Notes: generated from the sequence alone by a model not told the origin. Shown: positions 40,711 through 50,527, counted from the stretch's first letter. The stretch: DNA of 64,000 nucleotides from an uncultured Acidobacteriaceae bacterium (GCA_963833875.1 CAWHZM010000002.1:1260104-1324103); one strand, 5' to 3'. Program-made: numbers and translations.

Positions 40711-41699
40711 AGGACGCGAGAGTGGGATCGAGCGGGCTGAGATTGAGCTCGGTAAGACGCGACGCCGCCATCAAAGCCGGACGGCTGGCCAGCTGCGGTC
40801 CCTATTATTGGAATCTCCTGAAGGCGTTGCCCTACGGGGCAAAAAGGCGGCTGACTCGCGGCAAATGCAGCGACTACGAACTTATGGAACCATTCCTGCG
40901 AGACCGGGAAGGCTTGGAGATTGGCGGCCCGAGTTCGATTTTTCGCGCCGGGAAACTGATTCCCGTCTACGACCGCTGTAGATCGATCGACAACTCGAAC
41001 TTCTCCAGTCGGACGATCTGGGATTCAGCGGGCGCTGGCAACCAGGTCGGGATTTCCTATCGGAACCAGTATCTTCTCGAGGCAACTGATCTTAGAGGAA
41101 TCCCGGATCGGACCTATGACTTCGTGCTGGCATCCCATGTCCTCGAACATGTGGCGAATCCATTGCGTGCTCTTAAGGAGTGCAGCCGGGTACTTCGGGA
41201 AGGAGGAGCCATGCTGGTGATTGTGCCCGACCATCGGGCCAACTTCGATCACCGGCGTATTCCCACCAGCTTCGAACATATCGAAGCGGATTATGCCGGC
41301 AACATTCCGGAGCAAGACCTTACGCATTTGGATGAAATTGCCGCGTTGCACGATCTGGCGCTCGATCCCGCGGCCGGCTCCGCTCAGGAGTTCCGCGAGC
41401 GCAGCCTCCAGAACACTAGGTTCCGCGCCCTTCATCACCATGTATTCATCCCTGAAGTCTTAGTGCGTATGTTCTCCAAGGTCGCAATGCAGGTTTTGAG
41501 CGTTGCCATCGAACGTCCCTGGCACATTATTGGATTCGCCGGAAAAGTTGGGAAGGAGGCAGGGGAGGCGCAAGGCGAGAATCTGCGTTTCTTGCACGAA
41601 GATGCAGGGTGGAGGAAGCGCGATCCCCTGGCGAAATCCTGGCGGCCAGCGCAATTTAGTCCGCGGGCGATTCACGGCTCTCGCCAAGGCGGCTCATGA
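40707..41699 (+). CDS. class I SAM-dependent methyltransferase
   Basis: 330-aa ORF with YDFVLASHVLEHVANPLRALKECSRVLREGGAMLVIVPD. TTG 40707 overlaps the upstream TGA; GTG 40722 is an alternative start. Confidence 0.7.
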   Translation: MKDARVGSSGLRLSSVRRDAAIKAGRLASCGPYYWNLLKALPYGAKRRLTRGKCSDYELMEPFLRDREGLEIGGPSSIFRAGKLIPVYDRCRSIDNSNFSSRTIWDSAGAGNQVGISYRNQYLLEATDLRGIPDRTYDFVLASHVLEHVANPLRALKECSRVLREGGAMLVIVPDHRANFDHRRIPTSFEHIEADYAGNIPEQDLTHLDEIAALHDLALDPAAGSAQEFRERSLQNTRFRALHHHVFIPEVLVRMFSKVAMQVLSVAIERPWHIIGFAGKVGKEAGEAQGENLRFLHEDAGWRKRDPLAKSWRPAQFSPRAIHGSRQGGS

Positions 41700-43078
41700 G
41701 CGCTGCCTCATCGCACAATCTGTTTTCCGCGGTCCGAATCAGTGGCCTCCTGTTTGCCATGACCTTGGCGGCCTCATTGTCAATGGCAATTTCGCCCTTG
41801 CTGGTCGGAGCTTCAATGGGCGCGGCGACCTTACTTTGGATATTGTTTCGCCAGCCGGTCGCCATGCTGGGCCTTCTGTTGGCCTTCATGCCGATGGACT
41901 ACATGGCGATCGAACTGGGGAAGTTTTTCGGTCTGCCGTATATGACCCTCGTGTCGGCGTGCACCAAAGAAGTTCCTCTGCTGTTGCTTCTATTGATTTT
42001 GTGGCGGCGCAATGGCTGCAGGCCGGCGGCCCCCGATTGGTGGCTGCTGGCATTCTTTGCGATGGCCGCAGTTCGCACCGCGTTTGACGGTTCCCTGGCC
42101 GGGCTGGTCACCGATTTCAGTTTCATCATCCCTTATTTCGTGGGTAGGGTGACCGTGTTAGGCCCGCGCCAAGAAAAACGGTGGGCGGTGGGAGCAGTGT
42201 GGATCGCGGCAATTCTCTCAGTGCTCGGGATGATCGAAGTATTCATTCTAGGGGAGGGGCCCAGGGCGCTCCTGTACCTGGCCACGGATTCACAAACCCG
42301 GGACGGACGTTTGACGGCATCGTTCCATGGGATTGGGTTTGCCGGGATGCGCGAGGCTGCGACCATGGTGGGCCCGAACGGCTTCGGAGAACTTTGCATG
42401 ATTGCCTTGCTGCTCTGGTGGGTTTATTGCCGGAACCCGTTGCCTGGTTCGATGATCGCCGCTGGTCTTATCGGCTCGGTCACGCGCTCGGCATGGCTGG
42501 GAACGGCCACCGCAATTTTTCTGCTCGCTTTCCTGATGCGCCAGAAGAGGAGACTCGTGGTTGCTCTCACTTCCGCCCTCGTCCTGTTTGTGCTTTCCAT
42601 CCCGGTTCTTGGCCTGAACGATTATCTGTCTTTCAATGAAACTGGCCAGGATCCCTCGGCGGAAGGCCACCGCGACGAAATTGCGGATGGCTTGCAGTAC
42701 GCGGTCGAGCATCCGCTTGGCTCTGGGAACGGCGAGGTAAGCGCGTTGTCTCTTCAGGCGAATCTGAATGCCAAGACTTTCGAGACCACCTATCCGAATT
42801 TTGCCGCGGAATATGGTATCGGCGCCGTTCTGTCCTTTGCCGGGTGCCTGGGCAGCGCCGGGTATGTGCTTTGGCGAACCCCCACCCCGCTCGGCCGTGC
42901 TGCCTTGGGAATTCTGGTTGGGTTGTCTGTGCTGATGATTTTTACCTTGCCGCTGATCGACCGGCGGTTGGCCTGCTGGCTGTGTTTCCCCATCGGGCTG
43001 GCCCTGCGGGAAGCCGATGGCCGGCTCTGCAAACCATCAATCGCCGCGGACCACGGAGGGACCATGCATGTCCGCTAA
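41696..43078 (+). CDS. O-antigen ligase/polymerase-like membrane protein (Wzy candidate)
   Basis: 460-aa polytopic ORF with the Wzy_C-like GSVTRSAWLGTATAIFLLAF. ATGA overlap with the upstream gene. Confidence 0.7.
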   Translation: MSAASSHNLFSAVRISGLLFAMTLAASLSMAISPLLVGASMGAATLLWILFRQPVAMLGLLLAFMPMDYMAIELGKFFGLPYMTLVSACTKEVPLLLLLLILWRRNGCRPAAPDWWLLAFFAMAAVRTAFDGSLAGLVTDFSFIIPYFVGRVTVLGPRQEKRWAVGAVWIAAILSVLGMIEVFILGEGPRALLYLATDSQTRDGRLTASFHGIGFAGMREAATMVGPNGFGELCMIALLLWWVYCRNPLPGSMIAAGLIGSVTRSAWLGTATAIFLLAFLMRQKRRLVVALTSALVLFVLSIPVLGLNDYLSFNETGQDPSAEGHRDEIADGLQYAVEHPLGSGNGEVSALSLQANLNAKTFETTYPNFAAEYGIGAVLSFAGCLGSAGYVLWRTPTPLGRAALGILVGLSVLMIFTLPLIDRRLACWLCFPIGLALREADGRLCKPSIAADHGGTMHVR

Positions 43079-43943
43079 CCCTCTGGCCCAGGCGTCGTAT
43101 AATTATCAGCGGAGATGGTCTCATCTTCGCCGCCTACTGCCCCGCCCTTTGCGGCGCGCGCTTCGCGCCTGCTATTTCCTGACGTTGGACGGCGTGGATG
43201 TTGGTTTGCGGCGGCGGCGCGGGAATCTGGTGCCTCCGCGCTGGCTGAATCCGATCGGCGACGGTGATTTTGAAAGCACCGGCGCCGAGTTTCTGGATTA
43301 CTTTATCCGCTTCGGCGGCCTCGAGCGTTCGCATCGTGTGCTGGATGTGGGATGCGGCATCGGTCGGATGGCGCGCCCCCTGACCAGGTACCTCGCCACC
43401 GGCACTTACCAAGGCTTCGATATCGTGCCTAGAGGGGTTCGATGGTGTGCGGAGAACATCAGTGCACGTTACCCGGGCTTCCACTTTAGCCTGGCTGACA
43501 TTCGCAATCGAGAGTACAACCCGCACGGTCTGGTGACCGCCTCGAATTATCGATTTCCCCATGAAGACGCGAGCTTCGACTTCGCCTTCCTGACGTCGGT
43601 CTTCACTCACCTGCGTCCCCTGGAGGTGAGCCATTATCTTGCCGAGCTGCGGCGGGTTCTCGCCTCCGGCGGAAAATGCCTGGCTACGTTCTTTCTGATC
43701 AATGAGGAATCCCGCAGCCTCATTGAATCGGGGCAAAGCTCGCTCGATCTATCGCACGCCATCCCCGGTTGCTGGACTACCAATCTCCGAATTCCGGAAA
43801 CCGCTATTGGATATGAAGAGACGTGCTTAATGCAGATGATTCGCCAGCAAGGTTTTACTCTTGACTCGCTCCATTTCGGCAACTGGTGCGGCCGCGCCGA
43901 GTACTTGAGCTATCAGGATGTGGTGGTGCTGGCAAAAAGATGA
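43068..43943 (+). CDS. class I SAM-dependent methyltransferase (paralogue of 318..1169)
   Basis: VLDVGCGIGRMARPLTRYL. I chose ATG 43068 (11-nt overlap with the upstream gene) rather than the track start 43017. Confidence 0.8.
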   Translation: MSANPLAQASYNYQRRWSHLRRLLPRPLRRALRACYFLTLDGVDVGLRRRRGNLVPPRWLNPIGDGDFESTGAEFLDYFIRFGGLERSHRVLDVGCGIGRMARPLTRYLATGTYQGFDIVPRGVRWCAENISARYPGFHFSLADIRNREYNPHGLVTASNYRFPHEDASFDFAFLTSVFTHLRPLEVSHYLAELRRVLASGGKCLATFFLINEESRSLIESGQSSLDLSHAIPGCWTTNLRIPETAIGYEETCLMQMIRQQGFTLDSLHFGNWCGRAEYLSYQDVVVLAKR

Positions 43944-44911
43944 TTGCGCCGGCTGCTGAGTCCTCGATTGCGAGCATCACGACCGCCTACAACGCCGCCC
44001 ATCGGCTGCCCCGGCAAATCGAGTCGCTGCTTGCCCAAAGCCGCCCGCTGCAAGAAATCGTTGTGATCGACAATAGCTCGACCGACGGTACCGAGAAACT
44101 GAACCAACAATACCCGCAAGTAACGTGGTTGAAGATGCCGACCAATCTGGGAGCGGCCGGGGCATGGTCCGCCGGTCTGGAATATGCCGCTTTGCAGAAG
44201 AAGCACGATTGGGTGTGGGCATTCGACGACGACAGCATTCCCGACCGGGATGCACTCGAGGGATTGTTGAGTGCGGTCGCGGCAAAAACGCCGGGCGAGG
44301 GCCGGACCGGCATGGTTGCGGTTCTGCCGGTGCATCGGCCCAGCGGATCCTGCTATCCCCCGCTTCTTTGGCAGCAGGGTTTTCATAAACCACCGGCGGA
44401 GGTGCTGCAACGGCCAGTCTGGTTTGCCGATCTGGCCATTGTCTCCGGCCTGATGGTGCGTCGGGAAGTGGTCGAGAAGATCGGCTTGCCGCGGGCCGAT
44501 TTCTTCATGGATTTTTTTGACTTCGAGTACTGCCTGCGCGCCCGCTCGAAGGGGTACAGCATTGCCGTGGTGACCGGGGTTCAGCTTTCCCATGAAGTAG
44601 GAGAGGCGCGGCGAGTGCGCCTGCCGGGATACTCGGCCCTGTGGCCGAACCATGCCCCTTGGCGCGAATACTACATGAGCCGCAACCTCGTCTATGTCAC
44701 CTGGTGGCTTCATCCTAGCCGCACGGCAAAATGGGCGGCCTGCCGCCACCTGCTGCGCCACGCCTGCGGAGCGCTGCTTTTCGGCTCGAAAAAATTTGCC
44801 TGTATACAGAAAATGCTGCAAGGTTTTTACGACGGCCGCGAGGCCCGGCTGGGCGTTCGGTTTCGTTCTGACGGAGACTTTCCTGTCCCGGAAGCGCGGC
44901 CGGTGGCTTGA
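43940..44911 (+). CDS. family 2 glycosyltransferase
   Basis: ATGA overlap at 43940. Motifs ASITTAYNAAHRL, VVIDNSSTDGT, NLGAAGAWS and FDDDSIP. Confidence 0.85.
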   Translation: MIAPAAESSIASITTAYNAAHRLPRQIESLLAQSRPLQEIVVIDNSSTDGTEKLNQQYPQVTWLKMPTNLGAAGAWSAGLEYAALQKKHDWVWAFDDDSIPDRDALEGLLSAVAAKTPGEGRTGMVAVLPVHRPSGSCYPPLLWQQGFHKPPAEVLQRPVWFADLAIVSGLMVRREVVEKIGLPRADFFMDFFDFEYCLRARSKGYSIAVVTGVQLSHEVGEARRVRLPGYSALWPNHAPWREYYMSRNLVYVTWWLHPSRTAKWAACRHLLRHACGALLFGSKKFACIQKMLQGFYDGREARLGVRFRSDGDFPVPEARPVA

Positions 44912-46480
44912 GTGGGTTCTTCCCCGCCAGGCTCGCTGACTTTAAGTCCACGGACCGATTGCTCGTCCGCTGCCGCCGGCGCCGAGCGGGCGTCGCCCAT
45001 GGCTCCAGGGGTGCAAGCAGCCTGCGCCCAGTCATCGTTCCTCCGCCATGTCCTGCTTTTTAGCTTTGCCAACCTGGGATCGCTGGTATGCAATGGCGCG
45101 CTGACATTTTTGCTGCCTCGCTGGCTTTCCATGGAAAGCTACGGCGAGTACCGGCTCTTTGTCCTCTATGGAGGGTTCGCCGGGTTGCTGCATTTTGGGC
45201 TGCTGGATGGTGCATTGCTGCGCTGGGCCGCCCGCCCGCGGCGGCGGTTGCGCGCCGAGGTACGCCCCACTCTGATTTTTCTGCTGGTGCAGCAAGCGGC
45301 GGTGCTTCTGCCAGCCGGTGCATGGGTAGTGATCCGGTTTCGCCATCAATCCTGGTTTCTCGTCGCCCTGGCGGTGCTGCTTTATGCGGTGGTGTGGAAT
45401 GTTGCGGTGTTGGGACAGTTTGCCTTGCAGGCGGATAAGTCGTTTGCCCTGCTATCGGCGGCGACCTTGATCCAGCCGGCGCTATTGCTGGCCGTGGTGG
45501 TTGTGCTGAATCACGCCAAGCAGCTGGCGTTCGAAGCGCTGATCGGCACTTATCTCGGCTCCACGCTGGTGGCCGGAGTCGGAGTCTGGATTTTTCTGCT
45601 GGCCAAGTGGCGGGGGAAGCAGCATCCGCCAAGAATGAGAGGCATGGGATATTTCTGGCAACTGGGAACCTGCAATGTGGCGGCGGGCTGGAACATTCTG
45701 GCGGCGGCCCTGCTAACCAGCATCGCGCTGTCGCTCGACCGGGTAGTCGTCAGTTTGAGTTTTCCGGTTCGCAGCTTTGCCATCTACAGCCTGGCGGCGT
45801 CGGCGCTGGCGGTGGCGAACACGGTGGTTCTATCGGTTACCCAGGTGGTCTTTCCTTATCTCTCGGACGCTTCGGGGGTGCAGCGGAGGCAACGCGCCTA
45901 TGGCTGGGGCGAGAGCTGTGTCTTTGCTCTGTGGGCGCTCAGCCTGGCGGGATATTTTCCCCTGCGGGTGCTGATTGAGGCTTGGTTGCCAGCTTACATT
46001 CTCAGCCTTCCCATTCTGCGGCTCCTCCTGCTTACCACTGGCATGACCGGAGCGATCTACATCCTGCACAACAACTACTTTCGCAGCAGCGGGCGACGGG
46101 GGAGCCTTTTACTGGGCGCGAGCACCGGTTTGCTGGCAGCGGCCCTGTTTCTGGCGGTGGCGAGGCACACCGGAAAGCTTGAGAACATCTCCTGGGGCAT
46201 GCTGGGCGGGGTCGCCTTATGGTGGACGGTGGACGAATGGCTGCTGCGCGAGGTAACCGGGAGGACGCAGCGTCAGATCGGCAAGACCCTGCTATTTTCC
46301 GGGGCGTGCGGCGGGTGCTTTCTGCTCTGCGCGTCGGCCCGGAGCAGCTTGGCAGGCTTGGTCGGCTATGCCATCGCCGCCGTATGGCTGACCACGGTGG
46401 CTTACGGCCAAAGCTTGCGCTCCCTGCCGCCAATCAAGCTGGGCGGCTTCACATTCGGCGCAACCATTGCCCAAGTCTGA
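44912..46480 (+). CDS. Wzx-like polysaccharide flippase / polytopic membrane protein
   Basis: 522-aa ORF with 12 or more hydrophobic segments and the MOP-like ESYGEYRLFVLYGGFAGLLHFGLLDGALLRWA. GTG 44912 abuts the upstream TGA; ATG 44999 is an alternative start. Confidence 0.65.
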   Translation: MGSSPPGSLTLSPRTDCSSAAAGAERASPMAPGVQAACAQSSFLRHVLLFSFANLGSLVCNGALTFLLPRWLSMESYGEYRLFVLYGGFAGLLHFGLLDGALLRWAARPRRRLRAEVRPTLIFLLVQQAAVLLPAGAWVVIRFRHQSWFLVALAVLLYAVVWNVAVLGQFALQADKSFALLSAATLIQPALLLAVVVVLNHAKQLAFEALIGTYLGSTLVAGVGVWIFLLAKWRGKQHPPRMRGMGYFWQLGTCNVAAGWNILAAALLTSIALSLDRVVVSLSFPVRSFAIYSLAASALAVANTVVLSVTQVVFPYLSDASGVQRRQRAYGWGESCVFALWALSLAGYFPLRVLIEAWLPAYILSLPILRLLLLTTGMTGAIYILHNNYFRSSGRRGSLLLGASTGLLAAALFLAVARHTGKLENISWGMLGGVALWWTVDEWLLREVTGRTQRQIGKTLLFSGACGGCFLLCASARSSLAGLVGYAIAAVWLTTVAYGQSLRSLPPIKLGGFTFGATIAQV

Positions 46481-46524
46481 AAGTTTGCGGCACAACCGGT
46501 AACTCGCGAGAAAGACGGCCATCG

Positions 46525-47910
46525 ATGAAGATCCGGCAAGTTTGGGCACAAGAGCCTGAGTGGCAAGAAACCGCGCAGGAACCAGAAATGAAAGCAGGAG
46601 AGACTTCAGAACCACCGCCGGAGCCGCAGGCCCAGGAAAGGCAACCCGAAACCGGGTTGCCCGAAATCGGGTTGCCAGAAATCGGGATGCCGCCAACGCG
46701 AGTGATCGACGACCCGCCGGCCGGGATACGAATCGTTCCCACCGGGCCGGAGCGGCCCGCTCCGCCGCAAGCGAATCCGGACGCCCGGGCGGCCATGCGC
46801 ATCGCTATTTTTGGCTCTCGCGGAATCCCCCACACCTATGGCGGTGCCGAGGCCTTCGTCGGGGAGTTGGCTCCCCGGCTGGCCGCGCGCGGCCATCGCG
46901 TCACCGTATATTGCCGCCGCGCGCTCTTTAAAGACCGGCCGCCGCGCTACCGCGGCGTGGATCTGATTTATCTGCCGAATATCGAAACCAAGGCTCTGGG
47001 CACGCCGACTCATACTCTGGCTTGCATGCTGGACGTGGCCTTCCGCCCGGTAGATGTTTTTCTGGTCTTGAACATCGTGAACGGCTTTCACTGCATTCTG
47101 CCGCGGCTCCTGGGAAAAACCTTCGCGATTAATGTGGATGGAGTCGACTGGAAAAGAGGAAAGTGGGGGAGGCTGGCGCGCCGGTATTTCCATCTGAACG
47201 CCCGCTGGATTGGAACCATCTGCCCCCAGGGTGTGATCACGGACGCAGCCGAGATGCAGCGCATCTACCAGGACGAGTTCGGCACCGCCTCCACCTGCAT
47301 CGCCTATGGCGCCAACCTCGAAGGCTCGGAGAATCCTGAAATTGTCCGGCAGTATGGCCTCGAGCCCTTCGGCTACTATCTGATCGCCAGTCGCATGGTG
47401 CCGGAGAACAATCCCGACCTGATCATCCGGGCATTCGAAGCTTTGCAGACCCATCGCATGCTGGCGGTCGCCGGCGGGGTCAACTACCGCAGCGACTTCC
47501 TCCGCCAGTTGCAGCAGACCCGCGACCCGCGCATTAGGTTTCTCGGGCATGTGGGGGACGCGACGCACGTCAAAGAACTGCACTGCAACGCCTACGCCTA
47601 TGTCCACGGGCACAGCCTGGGCGGGACCAATCCTTCGCTGGTGAAAGCCCTGGGCTATGGCAACTGCGTGCTGGCGCTGAATACGCCGTTTAACCGCGAA
47701 GTACTGGATGGTTACGGGATTATGTTTGAACCGAAGGGAGACGATTTGCGCCGGCAGCTGCAGGCGGTGGAGGACAATCCCGCCCTGGTGGAGGAGTACC
47801 GTCAGCACGCGCCGGAACGAATCCGCGAGGCCTACACCTGGGAGCACATCACCGATCAGTACGAGGATTTTTTTCACCAGTTGCTCGAAAGCCGCAGATC
47901 CAGAAGATGA
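46525..47910 (+). CDS. family 4 glycosyltransferase with DUF1972-type N-terminus, preceded by a P/E-rich extension
   Basis: The canonical GT start MRIAIFGSRGIPHTYGGAEAFV is at 46795. The same frame is open from ATG 46525 and encodes about 90 acidic, Pro-rich residues. Which start is used is unresolved. Confidence 0.75.
   Translation: MKIRQVWAQEPEWQETAQEPEMKAGETSEPPPEPQAQERQPETGLPEIGLPEIGMPPTRVIDDPPAGIRIVPTGPERPAPPQANPDARAAMRIAIFGSRGIPHTYGGAEAFVGELAPRLAARGHRVTVYCRRALFKDRPPRYRGVDLIYLPNIETKALGTPTHTLACMLDVAFRPVDVFLVLNIVNGFHCILPRLLGKTFAINVDGVDWKRGKWGRLARRYFHLNARWIGTICPQGVITDAAEMQRIYQDEFGTASTCIAYGANLEGSENPEIVRQYGLEPFGYYLIASRMVPENNPDLIIRAFEALQTHRMLAVAGGVNYRSDFLRQLQQTRDPRIRFLGHVGDATHVKELHCNAYAYVHGHSLGGTNPSLVKALGYGNCVLALNTPFNREVLDGYGIMFEPKGDDLRRQLQAVEDNPALVEEYRQHAPERIREAYTWEHITDQYEDFFHQLLESRRSRR
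46648..46692 (+). repeat. 3 x 15-bp imperfect tandem repeat (GAAATCGGGTTGCCA) encoding ETGLP-EIGLP-EIGMP
   Basis: Read directly from the DNA. It lies in the P/E-rich 5' extension of the GT4 reading frame. Confidence 0.85.
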
Positions 47911-47975
47911 ACCGCCGGCGCCCGGTTGCGAAAACCTGTTGCCCGATATTTTCTTCCCTGAGGTTTGACAAAACC

Positions 47976-48575
47976 ATGCGCCTCGAAGTGGAATCACGCC
48001 CGTTGCCCGACGTAGCCGTGATCGTCCCAGAGGTCTACCAGGATGAGCGCGGATTTTTCATGGAGACCTACCGCTGCGATCAATTCCGCGAGCTTGGTCT
48101 GCCGGTCGAGTTTGCCCAGGACAACCACTCCCGCTCGGCGAAAGGTGTGTTGCGCGGCTTGCACTTTCAGTGGGAGCCGCCCATGGGCAAGCTGATGCGG
48201 GTGCCGCTGGGCAGCGCCTTTCTGGTGGCGGTCGATATACGGCGCGGGTCACCCAGCTTTGGACGCTGGGCGGGAGTCGAATGCTCGGCGGAAAACCGGC
48301 GTCAGGTGTGGGCCCCGGCCGGCTTTGCCCGCGGATTCTGCGTGCTCTCCGGGTTCGCCGAGATCCAGTACAAGTGCACCGGGCTCTACAACCCCGGGGC
48401 CGAATCAGGAATTTTGTGGAACGATCCCGCCATCGGGATCGCGTGGCCGGTGCGAAATCCGATTCTGTCCGAGAAAGACCGCCGGGCACCCGCCTGGGCG
48501 GACTGGATGGGCTCTCCGCAGTCGAACCAGTTTCGTTATCAGCCGCAGGCGGAAGTCCCGCTGCTTCCGCGCTAA
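47976..48575 (+). CDS. rfbC: RfbC-family sugar-nucleotide 3,5-epimerase (cupin)
   Basis: MRLEVESRPLPDVAVIVPEVYQDERGFFMETY, GVLRGLHFQ and FARGFCVL are typical dTDP-4-dehydrorhamnose 3,5-epimerase family motifs. The nucleotide specificity cannot be read from the sequence. Confidence 0.85.
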   Translation: MRLEVESRPLPDVAVIVPEVYQDERGFFMETYRCDQFRELGLPVEFAQDNHSRSAKGVLRGLHFQWEPPMGKLMRVPLGSAFLVAVDIRRGSPSFGRWAGVECSAENRRQVWAPAGFARGFCVLSGFAEIQYKCTGLYNPGAESGILWNDPAIGIAWPVRNPILSEKDRRAPAWADWMGSPQSNQFRYQPQAEVPLLPR

Positions 48576-48621
48576 GCGTCCACCCAGACTGAACTCAGAT
48601 TTAATCAGATAAGGAGCCATC

Positions 48622-49617
48622 ATGAAGCTGCTGATTGCCGGCGGAGCCGGCTACGTGGGATCGGTGCTGATTCCGCGCTTGCTCGAGCGCGGCTATAAAG
48701 TCGATGTGGTCGATCTTCTCTGGTTCGGCAATCATCTGCCACGGCCGGTCGGAACCCTCAACAAAGATATCTTTCATCTGAGCGTCGAGGACCTCGAACC
48801 CTACGATCAGGTGATCTTCCTGGCGGGGCTTTCCAACGACCCCATGGCGGAGTTCTCGCCCAGCAAGAACTTCATCTTTAACGCGGCCGCGCCCGCCTAT
48901 CTGGCGTATATCGCGAAAAAAGCCGGGGTCAAGCGCTTCATCTATGCATCCTCTTGTTCGGTGTACGGATACACCGAGAACGAACTGTTCGATGAATCAC
49001 GCCCGGTTTCTTCGACTTATCCCTATGGCGTCTCCAAATTGCAGGGCGAGCAGGCAGTCACCCAGTTGATCGACCACCATTTTTCCGTCATATCCCTGCG
49101 CAAGGGCACCATCTCGGGCTACAGTCCGCGCATGCGGCTCGATCTGGTGGTGAATTCGATGTTCCGCAACGCGGTGCGCGACCGGGAGATCACCATCAAT
49201 AATCCCACCATCTGGCGGCCCATCCTCAGCATCGAGGACGCGGCCACCGCCTATATCCGCGCCATCGAGGCCAGCCCCGGCATCTCCGGAGTCTTCAATA
49301 TTGCCTCCGGAAACTACACCGTGGGCGAAATCGGCGACCTGGTGAAGGCGGCGGTGGAACAGCGCCTGGGAGGCAGCGTCTTTCTGCTGATCAAGCATGT
49401 GCAGGATTTCCGCAACTACAAGGTAAGCATCGAAAAAGCGGCCAACGTCCTCAGCTTCCATCCCGGGGGGACGGTGAAGTCGATCGTCGATCACCTGATC
49501 GAAAACATGGACCAGTTCCGCGACTGGGAAAATCCGCTCTACTCGAACATCCAGACCTTCAAAAAGTTGGAGAGCGGCATCGACTCGCATGCCATGAAGA
49601 TGGCGGTCGGGGCGTAG
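48622..49617 (+). CDS. extended-SDR NAD-dependent epimerase/dehydratase
   Basis: 331-aa ORF with MKLLIAGGAGYVGSVL and the catalytic YGVSKLQGE. Confidence 0.8.
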   Translation: MKLLIAGGAGYVGSVLIPRLLERGYKVDVVDLLWFGNHLPRPVGTLNKDIFHLSVEDLEPYDQVIFLAGLSNDPMAEFSPSKNFIFNAAAPAYLAYIAKKAGVKRFIYASSCSVYGYTENELFDESRPVSSTYPYGVSKLQGEQAVTQLIDHHFSVISLRKGTISGYSPRMRLDLVVNSMFRNAVRDREITINNPTIWRPILSIEDAATAYIRAIEASPGISGVFNIASGNYTVGEIGDLVKAAVEQRLGGSVFLLIKHVQDFRNYKVSIEKAANVLSFHPGGTVKSIVDHLIENMDQFRDWENPLYSNIQTFKKLESGIDSHAMKMAVGA

Positions 49618-49652
49618 AAGACAGAAATCTCAGAGGGATGGGGAACCACCGG

Positions 49653-50527
49653 ATGAGGCAGCCAAGGATTGCGGTTGTGGGCGGCAATGGGCAACTGGGG
49701 ACTTGATGGAGGCATTCTCGGGGAGAGCGGAGGCGTTTTCGCTGACTCACCAAGACCTGGAACTGGCCGCGCTCGATTCGGTGGCCACTTGCCTGCACGC
49801 GCTTCGCCCGGACGTCGTGCTCAACACGGCCGCCATGCACCAGATCGAGAGCTGCGAGGCGAATCCCGCCCGCGCCTATGCCGTGAATGGGCTGGGGGCG
49901 CGTAATCTGACGGTGGTTACGGCGGACTTGGGGGCCGCCCTCATCCATATCAGCACCGACTATGTTTTCGATGGATCGCAGCGCGAGCCTTATCGGGAGT
50001 GCGATCTCCCGCTTCCGCTGAGCGTTTATGGGAACACCAAGCTGGCCGGGGAATATTTCGTGCGGACGGGGAATCCCCGGCATATTGTGCTGCGCACCTC
50101 CGCGCTCTACGGCCGGCATCCCTGCCGGGGCAAGGGCGGCGAGAACTTCGTCGACCGCATGCTGCGGTTGGGACGAGAGCGCGGCGAGGTCCGGGTCGTG
50201 GCGAATGAAACCGTCACCCCCACTTCGACGCGCGAGTTGGCCCTGCAAGTCGTCGCCTTGAGCGAAGCTGGCCTCTACGGGCTTTTTCACGCCACTGCGG
50301 AAGGCTCCTGTTCGTGGCACGCCTTTGCCTGCGAGATCTTTTTGCAGGCGGGCATGGCGGTTCGCTGCCCGGTCGCCGATCCTCGGGAATTTCCGGTCAA
50401 AGTGCTCCGTCCCGCCTGCTCGGTGCTGGAAAACGCCGAATTAAAGCGCGCCGGGCTGAACCGCTTGGGCGACTGGCGGAAGGGATTGCATGAGTATCTT
50501 GAACAAGCCCGCGCTGCGGTTGCTTAG
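49653..50527 (+). pseudogene. rfbD: RfbD-family 4-keto-6-deoxy-sugar reductase, frameshifted inside the Rossmann motif
   Basis: ATG 49653 gives MRQPRIAVVGGNGQLGT then TGA 49704. The rest (LMEAFSGR...NTAAMHQIESCE...ISTDYVFDG...YGNTKLAGE) is in frame 2 (track ORF 49703..50527). One extra G in the G4 run 49697-49700 would fuse them. Confidence 0.75.

Noticed and set aside
46606-47997. 463-aa minus-strand ORF. Similar long antisense ORFs occur at 43134..43736, 43913..44821, 45060..45632, 49559..50320, 50544..51020, 51051..51683, 52481..53143 and 54009..54596.
   Set aside because: All lie antisense to plus-strand genes with clear family motifs in the GC-rich block. Their products are Arg/Pro/Gly/Ala-rich with no motifs. 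They are typical shadow ORFs of high-GC DNA.
47976-50527. Calling the rfbC/SDR/rfbD block a complete dTDP-L-rhamnose pathway
   Set aside because: rfbA and rfbB are absent from the window, the rfbD-like gene is frameshifted, and heptose-activation genes are co-operonic. I report only family-level calls.
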